The notes beneath the pieces are model-generated. The model did no database searches, was not told where the DNA came from, and saw only the letters and a program-made list of their open reading frames with translations. Both the position numbers and the translations under genes were made by a program. A DNA stretch of 64,000 nucleotides from an uncultured Planctomycetota bacterium (GTDB lineage: Bacteria > Planctomycetota > Planctomycetia > Isosphaerales > Isosphaeraceae): positions 128,001 through 192,000 of the forward strand of contig CAWJTV010000005.1 of NCBI GenBank assembly GCA_963845755.1. The letters are read 5' to 3'. This document shows, piece after piece, positions 9,980 through 20,423 of this stretch. Numbering within the stretch: position 1 is the first letter of the stretch; every line of letters begins with the position of its first letter.

Positions 9980-11140
9980 ATGCGGTCAAAAACGTACCGG
10001 GCGAAGACTATGAAGGAGGCTTTGACGCGAGTGCGTCGGGACCTCGGCGGTGACGCCGTGATCCTCGCGGCGCGGGAAGTTCGGCGCCGCCGGCTCTTCG
10101 GCCTGGGGCCTCGCGCCGAGGTGGAGGTCACGGCGGCGGATCGCATGCCCGAGGACGTGACAGTCGAAGGCATGGCGATGCGTACCGGCACCATAACGAG
10201 GGTCAAGGAGGTGTCGGGGGTTTCGGCCCCGGCCGCCCCCTCACCGGCCTTGCAGGCGCGGTTCGGGGAGCAGCTCAGCCGACTGCACGCCATGGTGGAA
10301 ACCCTGAGCCGGCAGGGGCGGATCGACCACTTGCTACCTGATCTCCCGGGCGAGCTGGTCCCCATTTACTCCCAGTTGATTGAGGCTGACATCCCGGAGG
10401 TGCTGACGCGGCGGCTCGTGCGACATGTGGCCGAGAACCTCGAGCCCGATCAGTTCCGGTACGCCGAGTCTATCCGCGGATCCCTGGGCGAGGCGGTGGC
10501 GCAGTGCATTCCGGTCGCGCCGCCGATCCAGTCGGTCGTCGGCACCCGCCGCATCGTGGCCCTCGTCGGCCCCACCGGTGTGGGAAAGACCACGACCGTG
10601 GCGAAACTGGCTGCCAATTTCAAATTGGCCCACGGCGTCCGCGTGGGACTGATCACCGTTGACACCTACCGAATCGCCGCGGTCGAGCAGCTCAAGACGT
10701 ATGCCGAGATCATTGACCTGCCGCTGGCGGTCGTCAACGACCCGTCGGAGATGACTCGTGCACTCGACGAGCTCGGCAGCGTGGATCTGGTCTTTATCGA
10801 CACCGCCGGACGGAGCCCGCGCGATGAGGTCAAGATCCGCGAGCTCTCCGAGTTCCTCCTCCGGGCTCGACCGGACGAGGTCCACCTGGTCTTGAGCGCC
10901 GTCGCTGGCCACAGGAGCCTCCAGGCTGCCGTCGAGCGATTCGCCCTGGTCCAGGTCGATCGCTTGATCCTGACCAAGCTCGACGAAGCCGACAGCCTGG
11001 GAGGCGTTTTAGCCGTCCTGGCTCTGTCCAGTTAACCCGTAAGCTATTTGACCACGGGCCAGGCTGTCCCCGATGACATCGAGCCGGCCGACCGAATGCG
11101 TCTCGCCCGGCTCATCCTCAAACAGGAAGATCTGGCATGA
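9980..11140 (+). CDS. flhF: Flagellar SRP-family GTPase FlhF with an in-frame TAA at 11033-11035
   Basis: GPTGVGKTTT, DTYRIAAVEQL, DTAGRS, TKLDE. After the TAA the same frame continues PVSYLTTGQAVPDDI to TGA 11140. Confidence 0.9.
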
Positions 11141-11247
11141 ACGAGCGGGTTCCATGGAAATCCTGTCATGGAGAATAGTTTCTATGGGGGTCGGGCCCTC
11201 TTGGCAGAGAGAACCAGGTCACAATTCGGCATTCGAGGTTTCAGGAG

Positions 11248-12222
11248 ATGCTCATGTCCGACCAGGCAGATAGGCTCAGGCAGCTCGTGGTGGCGAGTCG
11301 GGCGGCCCCGGAGTTGTCGCCAGTGACCACGCTGGACGAGGAGGAGCCGCAGGGGGGCGTGATCTCGCTCGCGGAGGCTCCCGTTTCGATTAGCTCGTCT
11401 CGCTCCCTGCTGTTCACCAGCGGCAAAGGGGGCGTGGGGACCTCGAACCTGGTCTTGAACCTGGCAATCGCGATGGGTGAAATGGGGCAGCGTGTCCTGC
11501 TGATCGATGCCGACCTGGGGTTGGCCAACCTGGATCTCCTGTGCGGACTGGCGCCGCGATACGACCTCGGCGACGTGCTGGCCGGACGTTGCCCACTCGG
11601 TGATGCGGTGATGACGGGTCCTGGCGGGATCCGGATCGTGCCGGGTGCCCACGCGATCCGGACCGGTGCGGAGGTTCTGGAGGACGGCCCGGCGCGGTTA
11701 GTGGCGGAGTTGGGAGAGCTCGAGTCGGAGTCCGACTTCGTCCTGGTGGACGCCGGGTCGGGACTGGGACCGGGTGTGCTGTTGCTTGCTGGGGCGGCCG
11801 ACCAGGCGGTGATCGTGACCACGCCCGAGCCGACATCGATCGCCGATGCACACGCGGCGATCGGCCGGTTCCGCCGCGTTGCGTCCCGCCCGAAGATCCG
11901 GGTCGTGGTCAATCAGGTCAGGTCGAGTCTGGAAGGGTCCGAGGTGCTCGACCGACTCGTTGCCTCGAGCCGTCAGTTCCTGGGCGCGGTGGTATCTCCG
12001 CTGGGACCGGGCGCGGTACACGCCGATCCTCACGTCCCGCTGGCCGTCCGCAACCGTCGGCCTTTCCTCATCGTGCACCCTGGTTCGCCCGCTTCGCGCG
12101 GGGTCCGACGACTGGGACGCGCCTTGGTTCGAGAACACCAGAGTCTGCATCGTCGCCGTCGCTCCGGATTCTTCGCGGCGCTGGCCGCCCGCTGGGCACT
12201 GAGTCTCGTGGCCACAGGGTAA
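11248..12222 (+). CDS. fleN: FleN/FlhG MinD-like flagellar number regulator
   Basis: MSDQADRLR, TSGKGGVGTSN, LIDADLGLANLD, VTTPEPTSIADA; located between flhF and fliA. Confidence 0.85.
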   Translation: MLMSDQADRLRQLVVASRAAPELSPVTTLDEEEPQGGVISLAEAPVSISSSRSLLFTSGKGGVGTSNLVLNLAIAMGEMGQRVLLIDADLGLANLDLLCGLAPRYDLGDVLAGRCPLGDAVMTGPGGIRIVPGAHAIRTGAEVLEDGPARLVAELGELESESDFVLVDAGSGLGPGVLLLAGAADQAVIVTTPEPTSIADAHAAIGRFRRVASRPKIRVVVNQVRSSLEGSEVLDRLVASSRQFLGAVVSPLGPGAVHADPHVPLAVRNRRPFLIVHPGSPASRGVRRLGRALVREHQSLHRRRRSGFFAALAARWALSLVATG

Positions 12223-12308
12223 GACGTTTCCCTAACAGGAATCGTGGCGTATCAGGATGCGGGATGGCAGGGTGGATCGGATTTTTCGGGTTGTTGTGAT
12301 GGTATCAT

Positions 12309-12337
12309 TCAAGCCGGATGAACGGCTGGGCCGATAC
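12309..12337 (+). promoter_or_regulatory. Possible sigma28-type promoter upstream of fliA
   Basis: TCAAG (12309) ... GCCGATAC (12330); the spacer is 1-2 nt longer than canonical. Confidence 0.3.
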
Positions 12338-12397
12338 AGGACTGGGTGGAAGTTCCTTGGATGGCGAGGGGAGAAGGGGCCGGACGCGGCTCTCGTC

Positions 12398-12491
12398 GTT
12401 GCTAGTCGCTAGTTCCTAGTTGCTAGCGCAGACGAGACGGATCCATCGGATCTGTTCACAGGCTAGCAACTCGCAACCGGCAACTCGCAAC
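12398..12491. repeat. Inverted heptamer tandem arrays forming a long hairpin in the fliA leader
   Basis: GTTGCTA-like x4 (12398-12425) and TAGCAAC/TCGCAAC-like x4 (12464-12491) around an inner hairpin ACGGATCC-ATC-GGATCTGT. Confidence 0.75.
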
Positions 12492-12552
12492 TCGGAGTGG
12501 CCCTGAGCACAGGATGTGCGTCCCTCTCGCGCAGCCGACATGGAGGTCAGGA

Positions 12553-13329
12553 ATGTCAACTAAGGTGGATGTGGATGTAACCGAACTCTGGCGGGAGTTC
12601 AAGGAACACCCCACCACGGAATTACGCAACCAGTTGGTCGAACGCTACTTACCCTTGGTCAAGTACAATGCCGAACGCATCTGGCAACGCCTCCCCGAGG
12701 GGGTCGATCTCGACGACCTGATCTCCGCCGGGGTCTTCGGGCTAATGGATGCGATCGACGCCTTCGACCTGACCCGAGGTGTTAAGTTCGAGACCTACTG
12801 TGTGCCTCGCATCCGCGGCGCGATGCTCGACGAGCTGCGCACGATGGACTGGGTCCCCAGGCTGGTCCGCTCCAAGGCCACCAAGATGGACGAGGCGCGT
12901 AAAGAGCTCGAGGCCCGACACGGCCGGCCTCCCACGGACATCGAGCTCGCCGATCACCTCGGCCTGCCGATGGAAGAATACGAGAAGATGGCGATGGACG
13001 CCAATGCCGTCGGCTTGATCAGCCTGAACAAGAAATGGTACGAAACCGACAGCTACAAGGATGTCCGCGAGATCGACATCCTCGAGGACAAGAAGGGCGA
13101 GGATCCCACCCGACGGCTCCAGCGCAAGGACCTAATGCGCATGGTCACCAAGGGGCTGAGCCGAAACGAACGCCTCATCATTATCCTCTACTATTATGAA
13201 GAATTGACGATGAAGGAGATCGGCGCGACCCTCGACCTGAGCGAGTCGCGGGTATCCCAGATGCACTCGTCGATCATCCAGCGTCTCCAATCGCAGCTCG
13301 CTTCCCGCCGTCCCGAATTCGGGACCTGA
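12553..13329 (+). CDS. fliA: FliA/WhiG sigma-28 factor
   Basis: RNQLVERYLPLV, DDLISAGVFGL, FETYCVPRIRGAMLDELR, LYYYEELTMKEIGATLDLSESRVSQMH. Confidence 0.95.
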   Translation: MSTKVDVDVTELWREFKEHPTTELRNQLVERYLPLVKYNAERIWQRLPEGVDLDDLISAGVFGLMDAIDAFDLTRGVKFETYCVPRIRGAMLDELRTMDWVPRLVRSKATKMDEARKELEARHGRPPTDIELADHLGLPMEEYEKMAMDANAVGLISLNKKWYETDSYKDVREIDILEDKKGEDPTRRLQRKDLMRMVTKGLSRNERLIIILYYYEELTMKEIGATLDLSESRVSQMHSSIIQRLQSQLASRRPEFGT

Positions 13330-13634
13330 GTCGGTTTGCCTGTGTTTCCCTCCGGAGCGGCTGGACCATCGGCCGCCTCGTCGTTGCGGATTTCTAAAGG
13401 TCAATCCCGGCGTAGATAACGGCGAGAGGCGCAAGCGAAACCATACGATCGAATCCGTCCCAGAGCTGGCGTAAACCATTACGCAAGAACTCGGACGGAT
13501 TCTTGTTTTCCTAAGAAGGTACTGTTCCTTGAGCGATCGCCGTGTAGAATTGATCTAAGGCAGCGGCGGGACTACCGATCGGACGCCGAGGCGTACTCGC
13601 TGCTGGGCCGACGCTCCCACGAGAGGTACCGGCG

Positions 13635-14399
13635 ATGATGTCCACTGCGAAACGGGGGAAAGTCCTGGTGACGGCCTTTGTCGCCGTGTTGGCATCGGGC
13701 TTGGGCTCGGGCCGAGCCCAGCGCAATGGGGCATGGGCGGCATGGGAGTCGGCTTCTTCGGTGGTGGACTTGTCCCGTATGTCCAGCAGCCCGGCAACTT
13801 CTTGAATCAGGTTGCGATTTCCCAGATGGGGCACGTCAAGGGGCCCCCGGGAAGCAACCCATATACCAGCGGCTCCAATCCCTATTCGGGCAACTCCAAC
13901 GCGTACTTCAATCACGTCCGGGACAACGGCTTCGTTGACCAGTACAACGTGTATCGTTGACAGCCGGCCTATTACCGGTCAGCGGCGCCCGCGGTTGGTC
14001 GCGGCGCGACTCCCATCGCCATGACTGTCGCCCAGTCCCAGCCGATCGTACCACTGACGAGTTTTTACAATGCGCAAGGTCAACTCGTCTGGCCCGGCGA
14101 CGCACCCACGGCCGACTTCCTGAAGGACAAGCGCGCGGACGTTGACCAGTTCGACCAAGGCGGTCCTGGATGAGCTCAAGAAGAACGGCGTCGCGTCGAT
14201 CGCCTCGGTCACGGACGCTCGCCAGAGACTGCTCGACTACGGACGACCTGCCTTGAAGTACGTCCGAACTCATGAGACGGCCCGGATCGCGGATGGTTTC
14301 CATGGATTTCTGCTCGAGCTTTATGACTCGCTGGCTCAAGCGGCAAATCCTCCGGTCGCGACGGCCGCCGCGGGAACCCCGGCTTCTCCATCCTCGTGA
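13635..14399 (+). CDS. Hypothetical secreted protein (several frameshifts)
   Basis: Signal peptide MMSTAKRGKVLVTAFVAVLASG..AQ, then a Gly/Asn/Tyr-rich segment (ORF 13733), then a helical C terminus (ORF 14142). Confidence 0.6.
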
Positions 14400-14426
14400 T
14401 GGTCGGCGGGCGAAATAGGTTGACCT

Positions 14427-15529
14427 TTATGGCTTCACAACCGCCCGGGAAATGACCTGGTCCAGGTTCTTCCGCGACAGGTCGATGTGGATCACGGTGC
14501 CCTCGGGACCCACCAGGACGTTGGTTGGAATATCGGTCACTCCATAGGCTTTCGCGAAGTCGTGACCGTCCTGCCCATTGATCACGTTCGGCCAGCGGAC
14601 ATTGTGATCCACGACGAACCGGCGGATGTTGGGCATGACTAACTCCGGATTCGGGTTGCCGCTCTGCAGGGTGTCCAGATTGATGCCCAGGATCCGGAAT
14701 CCCCGGTTACCATAGGCCTCGTAGACCTGATCGAGCCAGACGGTCTCATCGGCGTTGGGGAGGCACCAGCTTGCCCAAAACACGATCAGGACGACCTTAC
14801 CCTTGAGTTCTTCTAAACTCACGGGTTTGCCGTCAAGATCAGTGCCCCGGATGGCGGGAGCAGGCTTTCCGAGCAGATTGAGGTGGTAAAGTCGGGCGAC
14901 GCAGAACTCCTTCACGGCTGTATTAATCGTCTCGTCGGCAATCAGTTGGAACGCCTTGCCGCGATGTCGAATCGGCCGCCCTGGACGAGACGCTGGTAGT
15001 AGGCACCGCAAATACCGAGCATCGAAGGGGTATCCAGCTTCGAGGGAGCCTGGTTCTTCTCGGGGTGTTGGAGGATGGCACTCCGGAGGTCGGCCAGTGA
15101 CTCGTCATACGCGCCACGATCCGCGGTGGCGATGATGTTGATCGTCTGGGCGAGGAACAGGACAACCGGCGACTCGTTGTTCCCGGCTCTCAGGACCCGG
15201 TCGGCGGCCGGTTCAGCCTCAGCGAACAAGTTGTTCGCTATGGCGAGTCGGAAGAGGATCTCGAAGGTCTCGTTCGCATCCTTCGGCGCCTGGAGGGCGG
15301 CCAGTTGGCCAAGCCGCTCCAGCCGCCGTCGTTCGATCTGGAGGAGTTGCCGGTTGTAGTCTTCGTTGATCGACTGGAGGGTCTCAGCGGCTCCGACTTG
15401 AGGACGAGGGGTCGGTTGTGCCGAGGCGAGCTCTTCACGGGTCCTTTGCTGACCAACCGCCACTCCCCAGCAGAGCAAGAGACTTGCGCCAACGATCAGG
15501 CCGATCAGAGGAAGCCGGGATGAGATCAT
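14427..15529 (-). CDS. Exported TlpA/redoxin-domain protein with helical N-domain (frameshift ~14950); active site WCLPN
   Basis: Signal peptide; LLGKPAPAIRGTDLDGKPVSLEELKGKVVLIVFWASWCLPN..ILGINLD..YGVTDIPTNVLV. Confidence 0.85.
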
Positions 15530-15905
15530 CGTCGATGGAACCCTCGAGGTGAGATGGTCATAGACTAAAACCTATGCCGAGCCGGATCCACACGAGCTCG
15601 AACCTCAACGGATAGGTCCGGCCACATACGGTACGGGATAGGCTCGGCGGTGAAGTTGGCGTCCACTTCTTTTCTTGGCTCGCTTGGATCAGGGTGATGA
15701 CAGCTTACTCGGAACGCGTGAAACATCGCAAGTCGCCCTTTCCGGGTCACATGCCGAGCGCGCGAGCGAAGTGCTCGTGGTGAAGCAGAAAACCGATTCC
15801 GACCTCGGGCCTCGCACGCTTGGCGAACCGAAGACTTGCACGTATACTCGGGCTGAATTCGTTGTCAAACACTCCCGAATCTCACACCCGCTCGCGAGCC
15901 TGGCC

Positions 15906-17120
15906 ATGCAACTGCTTCTCTTGCTGCCTCTCGTAATACTCTCTCCCGTACAGAGCGAGCCAAGCACGGGCGTTGCCTCCACGGCAACCTCGCCTTATTC
16001 CCAGTGGAGTCGCGGCCTTCCGGCCGACCCGAGCTTTTTCCCGATCGCTGTCTGGCTTCAGGATCCCGCGAATGCCAGCCGTTACAAACAGGCGGGAATC
16101 AACCTGTATGTGGGGCTCTGGAGAGGTCCCACCGAGAAGCAGCTCGCCGCCCTGAAAGCTGCGGATATGCGGGTGATCTGCCATCAGAACATGCTTGCGC
16201 TGAGCAACAAGGACGACTCGACGATCGTGGGATGGATGCATGGCGACGAGCCTGACAACGCACAGGAGATTCGCGATCCACAAACGGGACGTCGCCGTTA
16301 CGGTCCCCCGATCGCACCAGCGCGAATCGTGGCCGATTACCAGCGGATCCGCGATGCCGACCCGAGCAGGCCAGTGATGCTTAACCTGGGCCAAGGCGTC
16401 GCGAACGACGCGTGGGTCGGCCGAGGTCCCGGAGTCAGCCTGGACGACTATCCCAAGTATGTCCAGGGCGCCGACCTGATCTCGTTCGACGTCTACCCGG
16501 TCGCGGACCTCGATCGGCCGGACGGTGCTGACTACCTCTGGTACGTCCCCAAGGGGGTGGATCGAATGGTCAAATGGACGGCGGGCCGCAAGCCCATCTG
16601 GAACTGCATCGAGTGCACTCACATCCACAATGCCAAGCTCAAGGCCACGCCGGATCAGGTCAAGGCGGAAGTGTGGATGGCCCTCATCCACGGCTCTCGT
16701 GGGATGATCTACTTCGTGCATCAGTTCGCGCCTCGATTCAACGAGCATGCCTTGCTCGACGATCCCGAGATGCTCGCCGCGGTGACGGCAGTCAACCGGC
16801 AGATCCGCGAACTGGCCCCGGTCTTGAACAGTCCCACAGTGGCTGAGGGTGCCACGGTCGGTTTGTCCAACCCGCAGGCTCCGATCGACGTCATGGTCAA
16901 GAAGATGCCCGATGCTGTGTATCTGTTCGCGGTCGGAATGCGGAACAAGCCGGCCGACGGCTCATTCAAGGTTCGGGGTCTGCCCGCCGAGGCGACGGCC
17001 CGTGTGATTGGTGAAGACCGGGAGGTTGTCGTCCGGAATGGACAGTTCGCCGACCGGTTTTCGGCTTACGGCGTCCATTTGTACCGCATCATTCCCGGCG
17101 GCTCCGCTTCGCGAAGGTAG
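15906..17120 (+). CDS. Secreted TIM-barrel glycoside hydrolase-like protein
   Basis: Signal peptide; FFPIAVW, GWMHGDEPDN, ISFDVYP, VWMALIHGSRGMIYF; C-terminal beta domain. Confidence 0.65.
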   Translation: MQLLLLLPLVILSPVQSEPSTGVASTATSPYSQWSRGLPADPSFFPIAVWLQDPANASRYKQAGINLYVGLWRGPTEKQLAALKAADMRVICHQNMLALSNKDDSTIVGWMHGDEPDNAQEIRDPQTGRRRYGPPIAPARIVADYQRIRDADPSRPVMLNLGQGVANDAWVGRGPGVSLDDYPKYVQGADLISFDVYPVADLDRPDGADYLWYVPKGVDRMVKWTAGRKPIWNCIECTHIHNAKLKATPDQVKAEVWMALIHGSRGMIYFVHQFAPRFNEHALLDDPEMLAAVTAVNRQIRELAPVLNSPTVAEGATVGLSNPQAPIDVMVKKMPDAVYLFAVGMRNKPADGSFKVRGLPAEATARVIGEDREVVVRNGQFADRFSAYGVHLYRIIPGGSASRR

Positions 17121-17485
17121 GCGGGACCGGTAATGCTTCGTCCCGAGAGTCCATCAAGACGAACTCGGGTTGAACTCTCGACTTCGTCCCAAGGTTCGGC
17201 CCTGACGGTCTTCGTGACGGCCCGTCGGTTGGGCCCCCGCGGCCTTTGATGGTGCCCGATCCGCCAGACGGCGGCCAGGAACAGCAGACCCACGATGATC
17301 CCGAGAAACCAGAAGAGCACCTTGGTGAAGGCTGACATCGGCCGGGCGGGTGTCTCGCGCAGGTAGACGGGGAACGGCTTCGTCTTGGTCCTCATACCCG
17401 CCGGGTCCTGCTCGACGAACAGCTCGTGCGAACGCGCCTTGATCGAGTGTTCCTGCTCGGGCATGTTGCGCGGGTGGGACGGCAT
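17066..17485 (-). CDS. Small single-pass membrane hypothetical protein
   Basis: KPFPVYLRETPA followed by one TM helix (VLFWFLGIIVGLLFLAAVW). Confidence 0.6.
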   Translation of the reverse strand: MPSHPRNMPEQEHSIKARSHELFVEQDPAGMRTKTKPFPVYLRETPARPMSAFTKVLFWFLGIIVGLLFLAAVWRIGHHQRPRGPNRRAVTKTVRAEPWDEVESSTRVRLDGLSGRSITGPAYLREAEPPGMMRYKWTP

Positions 17486-17960
17486 AGCACCATTTCCTTA
17501 CAGACCGTGGGAGGAAGAGCCGGAAGAGTGCGGTGCATGCATCGTCCCGCGCAGCTTTTCGGGTCTGTCAAAGTTTTTCGAGACCGCCTCCGGGCACCAG
17601 CGGTCTTTCCGGATGCTTTCATCCTATCTCACGAATCTTCCGCCGTCACCAAGGTTTGGTAGCGGGCCGGGCTCTGGAAGGCCAGCCGACCATGCGGTTC
17701 CGTTCGATTCCTAGTCGGCCAGGAAAAGAACACCCAAGGTGATGGGAAGGAATGGGATCGAAGATTCCAGATTCCGCAAACGTGGTGACCTTTCCCGACA
17801 GACCTTACACTTAGTGTATCTCTTGAATCTGTGATTATGAATCGATGCTATGACTACTTCGGCAACTGGCCATTGGGAGGGTTCGCAGTGCTCCTGCCGA
17901 TTGACGCCCTCGCTCAAAGGATGCTCTGGACAGGTGATCCACGCTCCAGATTCGATCTCG

Positions 17961-18743
17961 TTAGGGACTTGCCTGGAAGAACCAATCCCAACTGTGGGGG
18001 CGATCACCCAGCTCGATGCTGCCGGCCAGGTTCTCATCCCAGGGATAAAAAACCTTCCGGTGGACGATTTCGCGAAATCCGGCCTTGGAGAAACGATGCT
18101 CGATTTCGAACGGCTGCCAGAATTTTTGGCGCAGACCTTGGAAGCGAAAGTGTCCGGAGGCGAAGTCGTAATACTGGCGTTCAATCTGGATAGCGGAGCG
18201 TCGTTCGGCCTGTCTGGGCGTCATGCCACGGTCCAAAGCGTTGTCCGTGAGAAGCATCATGTGATAGGCAATGGCGTCGATGGACGGGACGATGCCCAGG
18301 AACTGGCCACTCGGTTTGAGGCTGGCGCGGACGGCACGAAGTGTCCGATCGATGACGCGGACATCGGGCATGACGAGAGAATTCACCGCTACGGCCAAGT
18401 CGATCTGCCCGACAAGGTCGTCGAGCTCATGCATGGGCGCTCGAGGAAAACGACGCGCTCCGCCACTTCGCATCCGACCCGTACCTTGGCCCGCTCGATC
18501 ATTCCGGGGGCGAAGTCGATGCGCAATGACCCGTTCGAACCTCTCGATGAGCCGGGGGAGCAACGGCCCGGTGCCGCAACCGAGATCGGCCACGGTCTTG
18601 TGCTTAGCATCGGGTATGGAATCCAGCACGGCCCATAGTGGATTCTCGACGCCGGGTGCGTACGGGTCGAGGAATACCTCGTCGTACCGCTCGGCGTGCT
18701 GGCTCCATTGACGATCCTGATGTTGAAGCTCGCTCTTGGCCAA
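17961..18743 (-). CDS. Class I SAM-dependent methyltransferase (two compensating frameshifts ~18520/18435; start approximate)
   Basis: VADLGCGTG; IDFAPGMIERAK in the alternate frame; LKPSGQFLG. Confidence 0.85.
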   Translation of the reverse strand: MAKSELQHQDRQWSQHAERYDEVFLDPYAPGVENPLWAVLDSIPDAKHKTVADLGCGTGPLLPRLIERFERVIAHRLRPRNDRAGQGTGRMRSGGARRFPRAPMHELDDLVGQIDLAVAVNSLVMPDVRVIDRTLRAVRASLKPSGQFLGIVPSIDAIAYHMMLLTDNALDRGMTPRQAERRSAIQIERQYYDFASGHFRFQGLRQKFWQPFEIEHRFSKAGFREIVHRKVFYPWDENLAGSIELGDRPHSWDWFFQASP

Positions 18744-18912
18744 GGTCCTGCCCACGCTCTGCACGACGGGTCCGGGCTCTCTTCGGATCGACGGCACTTG
18801 AATCCCTCGAATCCTACTTAAGCATAGGACAGGTTCCTCTCTCAAGCCAGTCGAGACGAGCCGTTCATCTCGCCGATCGGAATCCGTTCGAGTTGTTGAC
18901 TGCGTCGGGGCT

Positions 18913-19440
18913 TCATGGGCTTCGGGGCTTCGAGCCGGCCGGGACGGGTGTCATACTATTGACCTCGATCGCGATACTCAGCGCCGTACCCAGCACATCG
19001 CGGTGGTACCAATGCGGATAGCCCAGCTTCTCGTCCGCCTGGAATCGCATCACGACGCGGGTCCCCTTCGGCTGGCCGAATGGGCGGTCGGACTTCACGA
19101 TGGCGACCTCTTCATCGATGGTACGGATGAGCCCATCCACACCGAAGGTGTCCGGCTTGGCGGAATGCAACTCAACCTTGCTGCCATCGGGCTGGAGCAT
19201 TTCGATTCTGCGGACTTCGCCCCCGCGAACGGTCACCAGGTAATGGGCGTTGTTGGGTCCTCGGATGCTCCAATCCAGGTCATAATCCGGGATGCTGGCC
19301 TGTGTCCAGATTCTCCTGGACCGAGCGATCGCCTCGGGCGTGACGTTCTCTCCGCCCCCACAACCGGTAGACAGAATCAGCGTCGCCGTGATCCCGAATA
19401 CCGCGTGCCACCGCGATCGTCGTTGCAGCGAAGCGTTCAT
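18913..19440 (-). CDS. Putative lipoprotein, DUF6174-like
   Basis: Lipobox-like LSTGC; W....IPDYD, VTVRGGEV, VDGL, LGYP pattern. Confidence 0.6.
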   Translation of the reverse strand: MNASLQRRSRWHAVFGITATLILSTGCGGGENVTPEAIARSRRIWTQASIPDYDLDWSIRGPNNAHYLVTVRGGEVRRIEMLQPDGSKVELHSAKPDTFGVDGLIRTIDEEVAIVKSDRPFGQPKGTRVVMRFQADEKLGYPHWYHRDVLGTALSIAIEVNSMTPVPAGSKPRSP

Positions 19441-19582
19441 GGCGGTGTGAGCTCTCCAGAGATCCAAATCCGGCCCGCAGAATATGACGTCCGCGGGTTT
19501 AGCATGACAGAAGATACATGGGTTGAACAGATCACCTTGCGAAAGGATGGAACGGGATGGCTTAGGCGATGAAGAACCAGCA

Positions 19583-20296
19583 TCAACGATGCGGATCGGC
19601 CGGACCGACGATGAGGTCCGTTGGCTCTCTCCGGATTCCCGCGAGCTTGGGAAAGGCGGCCAGGTCGAATCGGTTCATGTTGTCGAAAGCCCAGGTTGCG
19701 ACCGTGGCCCGAAGGCGGACTTGCCACGGGAGGGTCCGCCACACCAACCTTGCCAGGCTTTCGATCGGCCGGTCCGACTGGACCAGGACCTTGCGGCGCT
19801 GAACGAGGGCATCGACGATCGACTTGAACTGCATGTCGTCATCGGACCAAACCAAGCCACCAGTTCGTCGGAATCTTGCACGACGAATGGTCCGCGGGAT
19901 GTTGGACAGGATTGCATCCTGGTCGGCTGGGCTCCAGTCGCGCCGGAGGAGATCGGAGAAGGCAAACGGGTCAGCGCCGGACCTGGCGTAGGTCCAGTGG
20001 TTGATGAAGAGCCCGTGGAACGCCAGGGCACCCGGTCGGCCCTGATCGTCGCAACCTTGGGGAGAAACGCCTACGATCATCCACGGACCGCGATCGATCC
20101 TCATCGCAAAAAGTGCATCCGACTCGATCGTGCCCGATGGCCGTTCCCCGTACCGCTGACAGGCCTCCTTGAGCGTCGTAACCCAGTCCGGTCGGCATCC
20201 CGACGAATGGGCCAGTACGCCGTATCCCCGTTGCCAGAATGGAAAACTGCCGTAGACGGCTTGCTCGAATGGGACTTTGACGGCACTCGGGACCAT
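19583..20296 (-). CDS. GAP1-N-like protein (GTPase-associated protein 1 N-terminal domain)
   Basis: FEQAVYGS..GYGVLAHS and DDQGRPGALAFH motifs; directly downstream of the GTPase gene. Confidence 0.55.
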   Translation of the reverse strand: MVPSAVKVPFEQAVYGSFPFWQRGYGVLAHSSGCRPDWVTTLKEACQRYGERPSGTIESDALFAMRIDRGPWMIVGVSPQGCDDQGRPGALAFHGLFINHWTYARSGADPFAFSDLLRRDWSPADQDAILSNIPRTIRRARFRRTGGLVWSDDDMQFKSIVDALVQRRKVLVQSDRPIESLARLVWRTLPWQVRLRATVATWAFDNMNRFDLAAFPKLAGIRREPTDLIVGPADPHR

Positions 20297-20423
20297 CAGG
20301 AATCCGAGCCCCCTCGATGGGAACGATCGAGTCCAATCCACTTGTCCTCTCGCCGTTGGTCCCCGTCCTCTCGGACTTCCGGCCCCGCAGGGCTCAACAT
20401 CGCAACTCAGTCGGCGCAACGTC

